46,108 bases of DNA, from the NCBI GenBank assembly GCA_964552455.1, contig CAZKHY010000001.1, positions 1-46,108 of the forward strand. Reading direction: 5' to 3'. Positions 1 to 8,485 of this stretch are shown one piece after another (the first letter of the stretch is position 1; every line of letters begins with the position of its first letter). The translations under genes were made by a program, and so were the position numbers. A model generated the notes under the pieces. The model saw nothing but the letters and a program-made list of their open reading frames with translations. It was not told where the DNA came from and did not search any database. The stretch is from an uncultured Nitrospira sp. GTDB taxonomy: Bacteria; Nitrospirota; Nitrospiria; Nitrospirales; Nitrospiraceae.

Positions 1-126
1 CTTCGGAAATTCCTTCGCGGACTCAGTTTCCGCTTTCCTTCCCGGCAGAGCCTCGGTGTGTCCCCGCTCCTCCGGCCAATTCCGCTCACAGCAGCATGGC
101 TCCGTTATATGTGGAAGATTAAGAAA

Positions 127-959
127 ATGTCCTCGCTGGTCTTAGAACTCCAGCAAGAAGCCATGAATCGTAACGCCAAGGTTTCCGATGTTCTTCGGAA
201 GGCCTTGGTTGTAGCAACGAAACTTAATATCAGCGAATTCAAGGAGTGGATAGAAAAAGAACTGAATGGATACAAAAACAACAAGATACCGGAATACAGA
301 CGTTTAAGGGGGGAGATTAAAGCCTGGAATCCTTATAACGGCTGGATCCCGTTCATGTCCGAGGATCCCAGTATTGTTGAATCATTATCTCATAGGTCCG
401 TTAGTCAGCCACTGGCTGAGCTTGAGCATTTGATTGAAGATGCAGATCCCAAAGGAATGCTGCATATTCCCTTCTCCCAAGCCGTTTTGAACCAGTTGGA
501 CTCAGAAGCTTTACGGTTGGGGTTGGTTCCCACGCTCATTTTGGTAAGGCGAAGATTTCTGGAGTCGTAGATACGGTGCGGAATATTGTGCTTGATTGGA
601 GTCTTAAACTAGAGAAAGACGGTATCTTAGGAGATGGGCTAACTTTTTCAAAAGAAGAAAAGCAAAAAGCCGGGATGGTGACTTATAACATCCAAAACTT
701 CACAGGCGTTGCCGGCAATGTCCAAACAGAAAATCTTCAGATCGGTGATTACAACGCCATACACCCAATTCTTAAGCGATGTGGAGTATCACAGCAAGAA
801 CGAAATGAATTAGAAAATATTCTGGATGAATTGAAAAATGTTACAGGCGATAAGAAGCAGTCCATCATAAAACGTGGCACAGAATGGGTCCTCAGAAACG
901 CAAGGGAAATAGGCACCCTTTCCGATACGATTCGAGGGTGGTTTGAAAGGGGGTCCTAG
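127..959 (+). pseudogene. AbiTii-domain (abortive-infection-like) gene split by a frameshift near 540-575 (ORFs 58..570 and 576..959)
   Basis: The N-terminus MSSLVLELQQEAMNRNAKVSDVLRKALVVATKL resembles AbiTii-family N-termini. Frame 1 stops at TAG 568-570, while another frame reads on from 549 as AKISGVVDTVRNIVLDWSLKLEKDGILG. GC is about 42% against about 62% elsewhere. Confidence 0.5.
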
Positions 960-987
960 AGAAGGCAATGAACCGGGATGAACTGCA

Positions 988-1043
988 ATCACCAAAGACC
1001 TCATCGCACAGCATAATTTGACCGAGTTCGGGAGTTTCCGCGA
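988..1043 (+). pseudogene. Relic of the purL 5' end (duplicated fragment)
   Basis: 988-1025 matches 1717-1754 at 35 of 38 nt. It translates as [17 protein letters not shown], compared with the PurL N-terminus [16 protein letters not shown]...NLTELGMF. No start codon is present and a stop lies upstream. Confidence 0.65.
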
Positions 1044-1067
1044 TCGTGGTGTAAGGAGCGGATCAGA

Positions 1068-1355
1068 ATGACGGGCGGTCTCCTTAAGAGGCGCACAAGC
1101 GATATCCGCAAGATTGCGCGCAGCCACGGCGTCGTGCGGCTCCGCGTATTCGGCTCGCGCGCGTCCGGGCTGGTTACAGCCACGAGTGATCTGGACCTCC
1201 TGGTTCAGTTAAAACCGGACCGGGATTTGCTGGACTTGGCCGAGTTCAAGGCGGACTTGGAGGAATTGCTGGGGTGTAAAGTGGACGTGGTGACGGAAGC
1301 CGGTCTCAGTCCTTATCTGCGTGAGCGGATTCTCCGAACCGCCAGACCGTTATGA
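1068..1355 (+). CDS. mntA: MNT-type nucleotidyltransferase antitoxin (type VII TA)
   Basis: Contains the GSRASG...DLDLLV (GSx(n)DxD) minimal nucleotidyltransferase motif. It is 95 aa and overlaps the next gene by ATGA at 1352-1355. Confidence 0.85.
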   Translation: MTGGLLKRRTSDIRKIARSHGVVRLRVFGSRASGLVTATSDLDLLVQLKPDRDLLDLAEFKADLEELLGCKVDVVTEAGLSPYLRERILRTARPL

Positions 1356-1699
1356 AGGACGAGACCGTTTTTCTCAGGCACATTCAGGATGCGATTGCCA
1401 AGATTGAGGCGTACACTGAAGGCGGCAAGGCGGTATTTTTCGAAAACTCGATGATCCAGGATTCGGTGATCCGCAACTTGGAAGTCATCGGTGAGGCGGC
1501 GCGAAATTTCTCGCCGGAGTTTCGGAAAAAGCATCCAAAGGTGCCCTGGCGCGGTATAACAGCGATGCGCAACATCCTTATCCATGAGTACTTCGGTGTC
1601 GATCTTCACATTGTGTGGAAGGTCGTTTCCAAGCGAATTCCTACTCTGAAGCGTCACGTTGCGGCGCTGTTGAAAAAACAAAAGGGCTCAGCGAAGTGA
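1352..1699 (+). CDS. hepT: HEPN/DUF86 toxin HepT
   Basis: Contains the RX4HXY HEPN motif (RNILIHEY). It is 115 aa and paired with the upstream MNT gene. Confidence 0.85.
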   Translation: MKDETVFLRHIQDAIAKIEAYTEGGKAVFFENSMIQDSVIRNLEVIGEAARNFSPEFRKKHPKVPWRGITAMRNILIHEYFGVDLHIVWKVVSKRIPTLKRHVAALLKKQKGSAK

Positions 1700-3993
1700 A
1701 ACCAAGAGTGGACATCATCACCAAAGACCTCATCGCGCAGCATAACCTGACCGACGACGAGTACAAGAAGATCGTCGAAATCCTCGGGCGGGAGCCGAAC
1801 CTGACCGAGTTAGGCATGTTCTCGGTCATGTGGTCGGAGCATTGCTCCTACAAGAGCTCGCGGGTGCATCTGAAACGGCTCCCGACGACGGGGCCACGTG
1901 TCGTCCAAGGCCCCGGCGAAAATGCCGGTGCGGTGGACATCGGGGACGGTCTGGCGGCGGTCTTCAAGATGGAGTCCCACAACCATCCCTCTTTCATCGA
2001 GCCCTATCAAGGGGCGGCCACCGGCGTGGGGGGCATCTTGCGGGACATCTTCACGATGGGGGCCAGGCCGATTGCGCTCCTGGACTCGCTCCGGTTCGGG
2101 TTGCTGGATCGGCCCTTGAATCGCCACTTGTTCAAAGGCGTCGTGGCCGGCATCGCCGGCTACGGCAACTGCATGGGCGTGCCGACGGTCGGCGGTGAGG
2201 CGGTTTTCAACGACATCTACTCGCAGAACCCGCTTGTGAACGTCTTTTGCCTGGGGATCGCGAAGAAGGACAAACTGTTCAAAGGGCTGGCGGCCGGGGT
2301 CGGCAACCCGGTCATCTATGTCGGTTCCAAGACGGGCCGGGACGGCATTCACGGGGCCACGATGGCCTCGGACTCCTTCGATGAGGCTTCCGAAGCCAAG
2401 CGGCCGACCGTGCAAGTGGGCGATCCCTTCACTGAGAAACTGTTGCTGGAAGCTTGCTTGGAACTGATGGCCGGCGATCTGCTGGTCGGCATCCAGGACA
2501 TGGGGGCGGCGGGGTTGACCAGCTCGTCCTGCGAGATGGCCTCACGCGCCGGCAACGGCGTCGAGCTGGACCTGACTCATGTGCCGCGGCGTGAGCCCCA
2601 CATGACGCCCTACGAGCTGATGCTCTCGGAGTCGCAAGAGCGGATGCTCATGATCGCCAAGGAGGGGCGTGAGGAAGAGGTCCTGAAGATTTGCCGGAAG
2701 TGGGACTTGTCCGCGGCGGTAGTGGGGCGGGTGACGAGCGACGGGATCTTGCGCGTGAAGGACAACGGCAAGGTTGTGGCCGAGATTCCGGCCAAGGCGC
2801 TGGCGGAGGACGGCCCGCGCTACGAGCGGCCCAGCGCGCCACCCGCCTATCAGGACATGCTCCAGTCCCTCAACATGGACGTGCTGCCGGACGTGAAGGA
2901 TGCCACGGCGGTGCTCCATTCGCTGCTCGAATCGCCCACGATCGCGAGCAAAGCCTGGGTCTATCAACAGTATGACCATATGGTGCGCACCAACACGCTG
3001 GTCCGGCCCGGATCGGATGCGGCCGTGGTCCGGATCAAAGGGACGAACAAGGCCCTGGCGCTGACCACGGACTGTAACGGGCGCTACTGCGTGCTGAATC
3101 CCTACGTCGGCGCGACGATCGCGGTGGCCGAGGCTGCGCGGAATCTGGTTTGCTCCGGGGCCGAGCCGATCGGGCTCACGGACTGTCTGAATTTCGGCAA
3201 TCCCGAGCGGCCCGACATCATGTGGCAGTTTATTCTTTCGATCGAGGGGATCAAAGATGCCTGTGAGGCCTTCAACGTGCCGGTGGTCAGCGGCAACGTG
3301 AGCTTTTACAACGAGACCAACGGGCTCTCGATCTATCCCACGCCGATCCTGGGCATGGTCGGCTTGATCGAGCCGGCTGATCGGGCCATGACCCAATGGT
3401 TCAAGCAGGCGGGCGATGAGATCATTCTGCTGGGCAACACGAAGGAGGATTTGGGAGGGACCGAGTATCTGCGGGTGGTCCATCACAGGGAACAGGGCAG
3501 CCCGCCTGTGCTGAGTCTGGAAACTGAGAAAGCGCTCCACCACTGTGTGCTCGCGTTGATCCGGGAAGGCTTGGTCCAGTCGGCCCATGACTGCTCGGAC
3601 GGAGGCCTGGCTGTGGCCCTGGCCGAATGTTGTGTGGCTCATCCGGTAAGTTCATATTGGGAGGGAGGGGCGCGAAACGCGCCCCTCCCACACCCACCGC
3701 TCGGGGCTGTGGTAAGATTGACTGCGGGCCAACTGCGTCTGGATGCGCTGCTGTTCGGGGAGAGCCAGTCGCGTGTGGTCCTGTCGGTCAGCCCGGCCCA
3801 TCGCGAGACGGTGCTGCGCAAGGCCGGAGCGATGGGGGTTCCGGCGGCGGCGATCGGGACCGTGGGCGGCGAGCGGCTGGTGATCGACGTCGAGGCCGGC
3901 AAGCAGGCTGGTGCCTGCCGGATCGACGCGGATTTGAAGACCTTGCATGAGAGCTGGAGCAAGAGCCTGGAGCGGGCTCTTCAACAACAATGA
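1696..3993 (+). CDS. purL: Phosphoribosylformylglycinamidine synthase subunit PurL
   Basis: Contains [22 protein letters not shown] and other FGAM synthase II motifs. GTG 1696 overlaps the hepT stop (GTGA). The track ORF start at 1615 is a run-on into hepT; GTG 1708 is an alternative start. Confidence 0.9.
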   Translation: MKPRVDIITKDLIAQHNLTDDEYKKIVEILGREPNLTELGMFSVMWSEHCSYKSSRVHLKRLPTTGPRVVQGPGENAGAVDIGDGLAAVFKMESHNHPSFIEPYQGAATGVGGILRDIFTMGARPIALLDSLRFGLLDRPLNRHLFKGVVAGIAGYGNCMGVPTVGGEAVFNDIYSQNPLVNVFCLGIAKKDKLFKGLAAGVGNPVIYVGSKTGRDGIHGATMASDSFDEASEAKRPTVQVGDPFTEKLLLEACLELMAGDLLVGIQDMGAAGLTSSSCEMASRAGNGVELDLTHVPRREPHMTPYELMLSESQERMLMIAKEGREEEVLKICRKWDLSAAVVGRVTSDGILRVKDNGKVVAEIPAKALAEDGPRYERPSAPPAYQDMLQSLNMDVLPDVKDATAVLHSLLESPTIASKAWVYQQYDHMVRTNTLVRPGSDAAVVRIKGTNKALALTTDCNGRYCVLNPYVGATIAVAEAARNLVCSGAEPIGLTDCLNFGNPERPDIMWQFILSIEGIKDACEAFNVPVVSGNVSFYNETNGLSIYPTPILGMVGLIEPADRAMTQWFKQAGDEIILLGNTKEDLGGTEYLRVVHHREQGSPPVLSLETEKALHHCVLALIREGLVQSAHDCSDGGLAVALAECCVAHPVSSYWEGGARNAPLPHPPLGAVVRLTAGQLRLDALLFGESQSRVVLSVSPAHRETVLRKAGAMGVPAAAIGTVGGERLVIDVEAGKQAGACRIDADLKTLHESWSKSLERALQQQ
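3663..3689. repeat. Perfect 12-bp GC hairpin inside purL (GGGAGGGGCGCG-AAA-CGCGCCCCTCCC)
   Basis: Read directly from the sequence. It lies in a ~60-nt segment (3640-3699, [20 protein letters not shown]) that interrupts the conserved ALAE...LGAxVxL region of PurL. Confidence 0.8.
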
Positions 3994-4062
3994 TGAATGC
4001 AGAATGCTGAACGCTGAATTGAAGAGGCTCCGCATTCATCATTCATCACTCATCATTCAGCA
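3991..4062. repeat. Heptamer-array hairpin element (family A: TGNTGAA arm / TTCANCA arm)
   Basis: Reads tgatgaa tgcagaa tgctgaa cgctgaa ttgaaga ggctccg cattcat cattcat cactcat cattcag ca. It spans exactly from the purL TGA to the purF ATG. Confidence 0.85.
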
Positions 4063-5469
4063 ATGCAACTAATTACCCCCGATAAATTCCACGACGAGTG
4101 CGCGGTCTTCGGCATTTACGGCCACAAGGAAGCGGCCAACCTGACCTACCTCGGTCTCTATGCCCTTCAGCACCGGGGGCAGGAGGGGACCGGCATCGTG
4201 TCCTCCGACGGCGAGCATTTCCACGTGGAAAAGGGCATGGGGCTCGTGGCCGATGTCTACTCGAAGACCGTGCTCAAACGCCTGCCCGGTCAGGTGGCCA
4301 TCGGACACAACCGCTACAGCACCGCCGGGGGCAACAACCTCAAGAACGTGCAGCCGCTGACCGTCAACTTCGCCTTCGGGAACCTGGCGCTGGCTCACAA
4401 CGGCAACCTGATCAATGCCCAGATGCTGCGGAACGAGTTGGAGGCCTACGGGGCGATCTTCCAGTCCTCGACCGACAGCGAGGTGATGATTCATCTGATC
4501 GCCCATTCCCGCGGCGATACCCTGTTGGCCCGAATCATTGACGCGTTGAGCCAGGTCCGGGGCGCTTTCTCGGTGGTTCTGTTGACGGACGGGGGCATCA
4601 TCGCCGCCAGAGACCCCCAGGGGTTCCGGCCCCTCTGCCTGGGGCGTCTGCGGGAGAGCTGGCTGGTGGCATCCGAGACCTGCGCCTTCGACCTGATCGG
4701 GGCCGAAGCGGTCCGTGAGATCGAACCGGGCGAACTGGTGATCCTGAATGACGCCGGCGTGACGAGCTACAAGCCCTTTACGAAAACCAAACCGGCCCTG
4801 TGCGTGTTTGAATATGTGTACTTCGCTCGGCCGGACAGCAAGATTTTCGGTGAACGGGCGGTCTACCTCACGCGCAAGGCCCTGGGGCGGCAGTTGGCCC
4901 AGGAGTCGCAGGTAAAGGCGGACATCGTGATCCCGGTGCCGGACTCAGGCGTGCCAGCGGCGCTCGGCTACTCGGAAGGCTCCGGCATCCCGTTCGAGAA
5001 CGGCCTCATCCGGAACCACTACATCGGCCGGACTTTCATCGAGCCGGAACAGTCCATCCGGCACTTCGGGGTGAAGATCAAGCTGAACGCGGTGCCGGAG
5101 GTGCTGGACGGCAAGCGCGTGGTCGTGGTGGACGATTCGATCGTACGGGGGACGACGAGCCGCAAGATCGTCAAAATGCTCCGGCATGCGGGCGCGAAGG
5201 AAGTGCACATGCGGATCAGCTCGCCCCCGATCGTCTCCCCCTGCTTCTACGGAGTCGATACGCCAACCAAGAAGGAGCTGATCGGCTCGAGCCACACGAT
5301 CCAGGAAATCAGGAAATACATCACGGCCGACAGCCTGGCCTACCTCAGCCTGGAAGGGATGCTCAAAGCCGCGCCTGGCAGTCCCGACCACTACTGCAAC
5401 GCCTGTTTCACGGAACAGTACCCCATCCCCTTCACCAAAGCCGAAGAACTGCAGTTGGGCCTTTTCTGA
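4063..5469 (+). CDS. purF: Amidophosphoribosyltransferase
   Basis: Contains the N-terminal catalytic Cys context (HDECAVFGIYG), the PRTase motif VVVVDDSIVRGTT and C-terminal Cys residues. Confidence 0.95.
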   Translation: MQLITPDKFHDECAVFGIYGHKEAANLTYLGLYALQHRGQEGTGIVSSDGEHFHVEKGMGLVADVYSKTVLKRLPGQVAIGHNRYSTAGGNNLKNVQPLTVNFAFGNLALAHNGNLINAQMLRNELEAYGAIFQSSTDSEVMIHLIAHSRGDTLLARIIDALSQVRGAFSVVLLTDGGIIAARDPQGFRPLCLGRLRESWLVASETCAFDLIGAEAVREIEPGELVILNDAGVTSYKPFTKTKPALCVFEYVYFARPDSKIFGERAVYLTRKALGRQLAQESQVKADIVIPVPDSGVPAALGYSEGSGIPFENGLIRNHYIGRTFIEPEQSIRHFGVKIKLNAVPEVLDGKRVVVVDDSIVRGTTSRKIVKMLRHAGAKEVHMRISSPPIVSPCFYGVDTPTKKELIGSSHTIQEIRKYITADSLAYLSLEGMLKAAPGSPDHYCNACFTEQYPIPFTKAEELQLGLF

Positions 5470-5549
5470 TCCGCCTCCGTTCGTTCTGTCTGTGCATCAT
5501 TGCTGTTGCCCCCGATTTTTTCGCCGTGCTAGGATAGTCGCATTAACAG

Positions 5550-5644
5550 TGCTGAATTGTGAGTGCTGAGTGATGAATGGAAGCACATGGAGGGACCGGG
5601 CCTCGCTCAATCAGCATTCATCACTCATCGTTCAGCATTTATGA
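5550..5644. repeat. Heptamer-array hairpin element (family A, second copy)
   Basis: Left arm is tgctgaa ttgtgag tgctgag tgatgaa; right arm is atcagca ttcatca ctcatcg ttcagca tttatga. 5615-5637 matches 4040-4062 at 22 of 23 nt. Confidence 0.85.
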
Positions 5645-5657
5645 TGAGGGGGTTGCC

Positions 5658-6197
5658 ATGAAACGGACTATTCTAACGCTGTTGATGCCGGTGCTGATTG
5701 TCGCGCTGGCTGCGACCGTCTCGGCCAAGAGCTTTTTCAAGATCGGTGAGAAGGCCCCGACCTTTACGTTAACGTCGCTCACCGGTGAGCCCGTATCGCT
5801 GGACAGTTTCAGGGGGAAGGTGGTGGTGCTGGGGCTGTTTCACATTTGCGAACCCTGCATGATGCAAGGAACCAATCTGCAGAAGGTCTATGAGGCCACG
5901 CAGGGGAAACCGGTTGCGGTCGTCGGGGTGAATTCCTCCGGCGATTCCAAGAAGGCGGTGACGGAGTTTCTGTCGGAGTTTCCGGTCAAGGTCACCTATC
6001 CCTATCTGATTGATCCCAAGCAGATCACCGGCAAGCTCTATGGCGGGGGGAAGTTCATTCCCAACGTCTACATCATCGATCAGGAGGGGGTCATCCGGTG
6101 GCAGCGGGTCGGCAACATGGATTTGGCCGGCGCGGATGTCATCCTGCAGGAAGTGAACAAGCTGCTGGCCGGAGGAAGCGGCAAGGGCGGTCTGTAG
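5658..6197 (+). CDS. Secreted TlpA/redoxin-family thiol-disulfide oxidoreductase
   Basis: Has a signal peptide (MKRTILTLLMPVLIVALAATVSA), a CxxC motif (CEPC) and a thioredoxin-fold length. The start was trimmed to ATG 5658. Confidence 0.7.
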   Translation: MKRTILTLLMPVLIVALAATVSAKSFFKIGEKAPTFTLTSLTGEPVSLDSFRGKVVVLGLFHICEPCMMQGTNLQKVYEATQGKPVAVVGVNSSGDSKKAVTEFLSEFPVKVTYPYLIDPKQITGKLYGGGKFIPNVYIIDQEGVIRWQRVGNMDLAGADVILQEVNKLLAGGSGKGGL

Positions 6198-6232
6198 CAC
6201 GCAGCTTCCTCAAGGGAGAAGGGACTCATCCG

Positions 6233-6472
6233 ATGGATGAACTGGAGGCGGGCAAACAGAAGTTCCTGAGCCTGGTGAAAGGGATTGACGCCGCGGTGCA
6301 GGTGGTGATCCCGGTCACGCCGTCAAACAGCATGTTCCTGATCTCGCTGACCAAGGGGGCCAACCGGAAGTTCATCACGGTTCCGGAAGACGACGTGCTG
6401 GATCTTCCCAACGAGGCCGATATCCTGGCGAAAGTTACAAAAGTCGTGAAAGACGCCGTGGCGGCGCTATAA
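6233..6472 (+). CDS. Small hypothetical protein (79 aa)
   Basis: The ORF has plausible codon usage after ATG 6233. No family was recognised. Confidence 0.4.
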   Translation: MDELEAGKQKFLSLVKGIDAAVQVVIPVTPSNSMFLISLTKGANRKFITVPEDDVLDLPNEADILAKVTKVVKDAVAAL

Positions 6473-6496
6473 ATGGGAGCTGATGGCTGATAATTT

Positions 6497-7093
6497 ATGA
6501 AACTGTTGCTCCCCGATATCTGGCAGTGGTCCTGGTTCTCGCAGGAGAAGCAGCTCGACTTCAACGGCCTGTTCCTCATCGTGGGCGAGCACCGGGTGCT
6601 GGTGGACCCTCCTCCCATGACGGCCGAGGCCAAGCTGCAGATCCGGAAGAGCGGGCGGGTGGACTACCTCCTGCTCACGAACCGAGACCATGAACGGGAG
6701 GCGGCGGCTTGCCAGGCCGAGTTCGGCTGTCAGATCATGGTTCCGGAGGCCGACGCGCCGCAGATGGCCGTCAAGGCCGGCAAGACCTACAAGGACGGGG
6801 AGTTGCTCCCCGGCGGGATCTGGGTCATCCATCTCAAGGATCAGAAATCGCCGGGCGAATCGGCCTTGTTCCTCCAGCGGGGGAAGGGCATCCTCATCGT
6901 CGGGGATGCGCTGGTCGGCAAGCCCCCCGGGGCTCTGACGATGCTGCCTGCCGAGAAATACGCCGACGCCGCCAAGGCGCGCGAGGGATTGAAGCGGCTC
7001 CTGAAATACCATTTCGATGCGATCCTGGTGGGGGACGGGGCTTCGATCCTGACCGGCGCCAAGCCAGCGGTGGACAAGGCGTTGGAGGGCTGA
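6497..7093 (+). CDS. MBL-fold-like hydrolase family protein (degenerate metal motif)
   Basis: LLLTNRDHERE sits where HxHxDH would be. Length and pattern resemble short MBL-fold proteins. The assignment is tentative. Confidence 0.45.
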   Translation: MKLLLPDIWQWSWFSQEKQLDFNGLFLIVGEHRVLVDPPPMTAEAKLQIRKSGRVDYLLLTNRDHEREAAACQAEFGCQIMVPEADAPQMAVKAGKTYKDGELLPGGIWVIHLKDQKSPGESALFLQRGKGILIVGDALVGKPPGALTMLPAEKYADAAKAREGLKRLLKYHFDAILVGDGASILTGAKPAVDKALEG

Positions 7094-7119
7094 CGGCAAG
7101 CCTCTGACCCCCTTCGACC

Positions 7120-7941
7120 ATGCTTCACACCTCCTCCGAACAGCTCAATCGCCAAGGCAACGAGCACTTCTCGCGCGGCTACTACACCGAAGCCTACGTC
7201 TGTTACGCCAAGGCGCTGGAGTGCGATCGCCTCAGCGGGGACCGGCGGGCGATGGCGGCGACCCTGGGCAACCTGGGCAACATCTGCGCCGTGAGCGGCC
7301 GGCGCGAGCAGGCCCAGGCTTATTACCAGGAAGTGCTGGAGCTGCAGAAAATCATGGGAGACGAGCGGGGCATCGGGACCACGCTCGCCAACCTGGGGAA
7401 CCTGCGCGCCGATGCGGGAGAATGGGAGCGGGCGCGGGCCTATTACCTGGAAGCGCTGGACATCATGCAGGGGACCGGCGACGAGGTGGGGCTGGCGGTG
7501 CTCTACTCCGATCTGGGGCTGGTGGCCCGTGAGACGGGCCAGTGCGACGAGGCCCTGCAGTATTACGAACGGTCGCTGGCCCTGATGCGCCGGCTGGGCA
7601 ACCAGGGCGGGATCGCGGACGCCTGGCGCATGATGGCGCGGACGTACCTGGTCCTCCGCAAGCACGAGGAAGCCCTGGCCTGTTGCCGGACGAGCCAGGC
7701 CGTGGCCGAGCGGGGCGGCGATGAGCTGCGGGCCGGCGGGGCGCGCTACGTGATGGCCCAGTGCTACGAAGAGCTGGGGCGGCTCAAAGAGGCGTCCCAG
7801 TTGCTGGAGCTGGTCGTCCTGATGGACCGGAAGTACCACCTGCCGAAGCTGGAGGAGAACACCAGGCGTCTTGCCCAGTTGCAGGCCCGGCTGGCCGAGT
7901 CCGGACAGGACCGGTCGTCGCAGGGGGAGTTGCGCGCATGA
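7120..7941 (+). CDS. Tetratricopeptide-repeat protein
   Basis: Shows repeated 40-aa units of the type A..LGNLG......G....A..YY...L. Confidence 0.8.
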   Translation: MLHTSSEQLNRQGNEHFSRGYYTEAYVCYAKALECDRLSGDRRAMAATLGNLGNICAVSGRREQAQAYYQEVLELQKIMGDERGIGTTLANLGNLRADAGEWERARAYYLEALDIMQGTGDEVGLAVLYSDLGLVARETGQCDEALQYYERSLALMRRLGNQGGIADAWRMMARTYLVLRKHEEALACCRTSQAVAERGGDELRAGGARYVMAQCYEELGRLKEASQLLELVVLMDRKYHLPKLEENTRRLAQLQARLAESGQDRSSQGELRA

Positions 7942-8387
7942 GCGGGCAGGAGGCCGTCACCCAGGCATGGGACTCAGCCCGCATCCTGCTGCGTCAGCGC
8001 GAGCCGGGACTCTACGAGCTGGAGCCGGGCGGAGCCTTGGCTCTTGACCTGGGCGACGAGGGCTGGCTGCTGGAGATCACCCCCGATGGGCGCCTGATCT
8101 GCCAGAACGGGATGGCCATGGACGACATCAAGAGCCTCCTGTCCGACGGCACGGCGGAGGACCTGGGTACGGATGAGCTGGCGAAGCAAGCCAAATACTA
8201 TCTGCAGCCCGCCGTCGCCAAGGTCAGGAAGGTGTTTCTCGGGGCCGGGTTCGAGGAGGCGACCGAGATGAATGATGCCTATGTGGCGGTGACGTTTCAA
8301 CGGGCGGTTGATCTCGGCAAGCCGGACGAAATCGTCCGGGCGATCCGTTGGTGCCGCCAGCAGGTTGGTGCGAAGCTGACAAGCTGA
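7938..8387 (+). CDS. Hypothetical protein (149 aa)
   Basis: ATG 7938 overlaps the TPR gene stop (ATGA). No family was recognised. Confidence 0.5.
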   Translation: MSGQEAVTQAWDSARILLRQREPGLYELEPGGALALDLGDEGWLLEITPDGRLICQNGMAMDDIKSLLSDGTAEDLGTDELAKQAKYYLQPAVAKVRKVFLGAGFEEATEMNDAYVAVTFQRAVDLGKPDEIVRAIRWCRQQVGAKLTS

Positions 8388-8466
8388 CAAGCATGAAAGC
8401 TGACGAGGGGGATGCCTGTTTCGTGATCTCTGCTATTGGTCAGCTTGGTTCCTTGTCAGCTTGACG
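8372..8466. repeat. Octamer-array inverted repeat (AAGCTGAC arm / GTCAGCTT arm)
   Basis: Left arm is aagctgac aagctgac aagcatga aagctgac; right arm is gtcagctt ggttcctt gtcagctt. The left arm starts inside the last codons of the 7938..8387 CDS. Confidence 0.8.
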
Positions 8467-8485
8467 CATGGGGCGAGGGTAGGCA

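Noticed and set aside
810-1183. Minus-strand ORFs 810..1127 and 1001..1183 across the AbiTii / purL-relic / mntA junction
   Set aside because: They span regions of very different GC content and overlap better-supported plus-strand features. No motifs were found.
1-1700. Annotating the low-GC island plus TA pair as a defined mobile element
   Set aside because: No integrase, transposase, tRNA or terminal inverted repeats are visible in the window. Only the duplicated purL block supports an insertion event, so it is reported as a finding rather than as a mobile_element feature.
3646-3652. GGTAAGT inside the purL insertion, resembling a eukaryotic 5' splice site
   Set aside because: The context is bacterial, no intron structural features (group I or II) are present, and the frame stays open across the segment.
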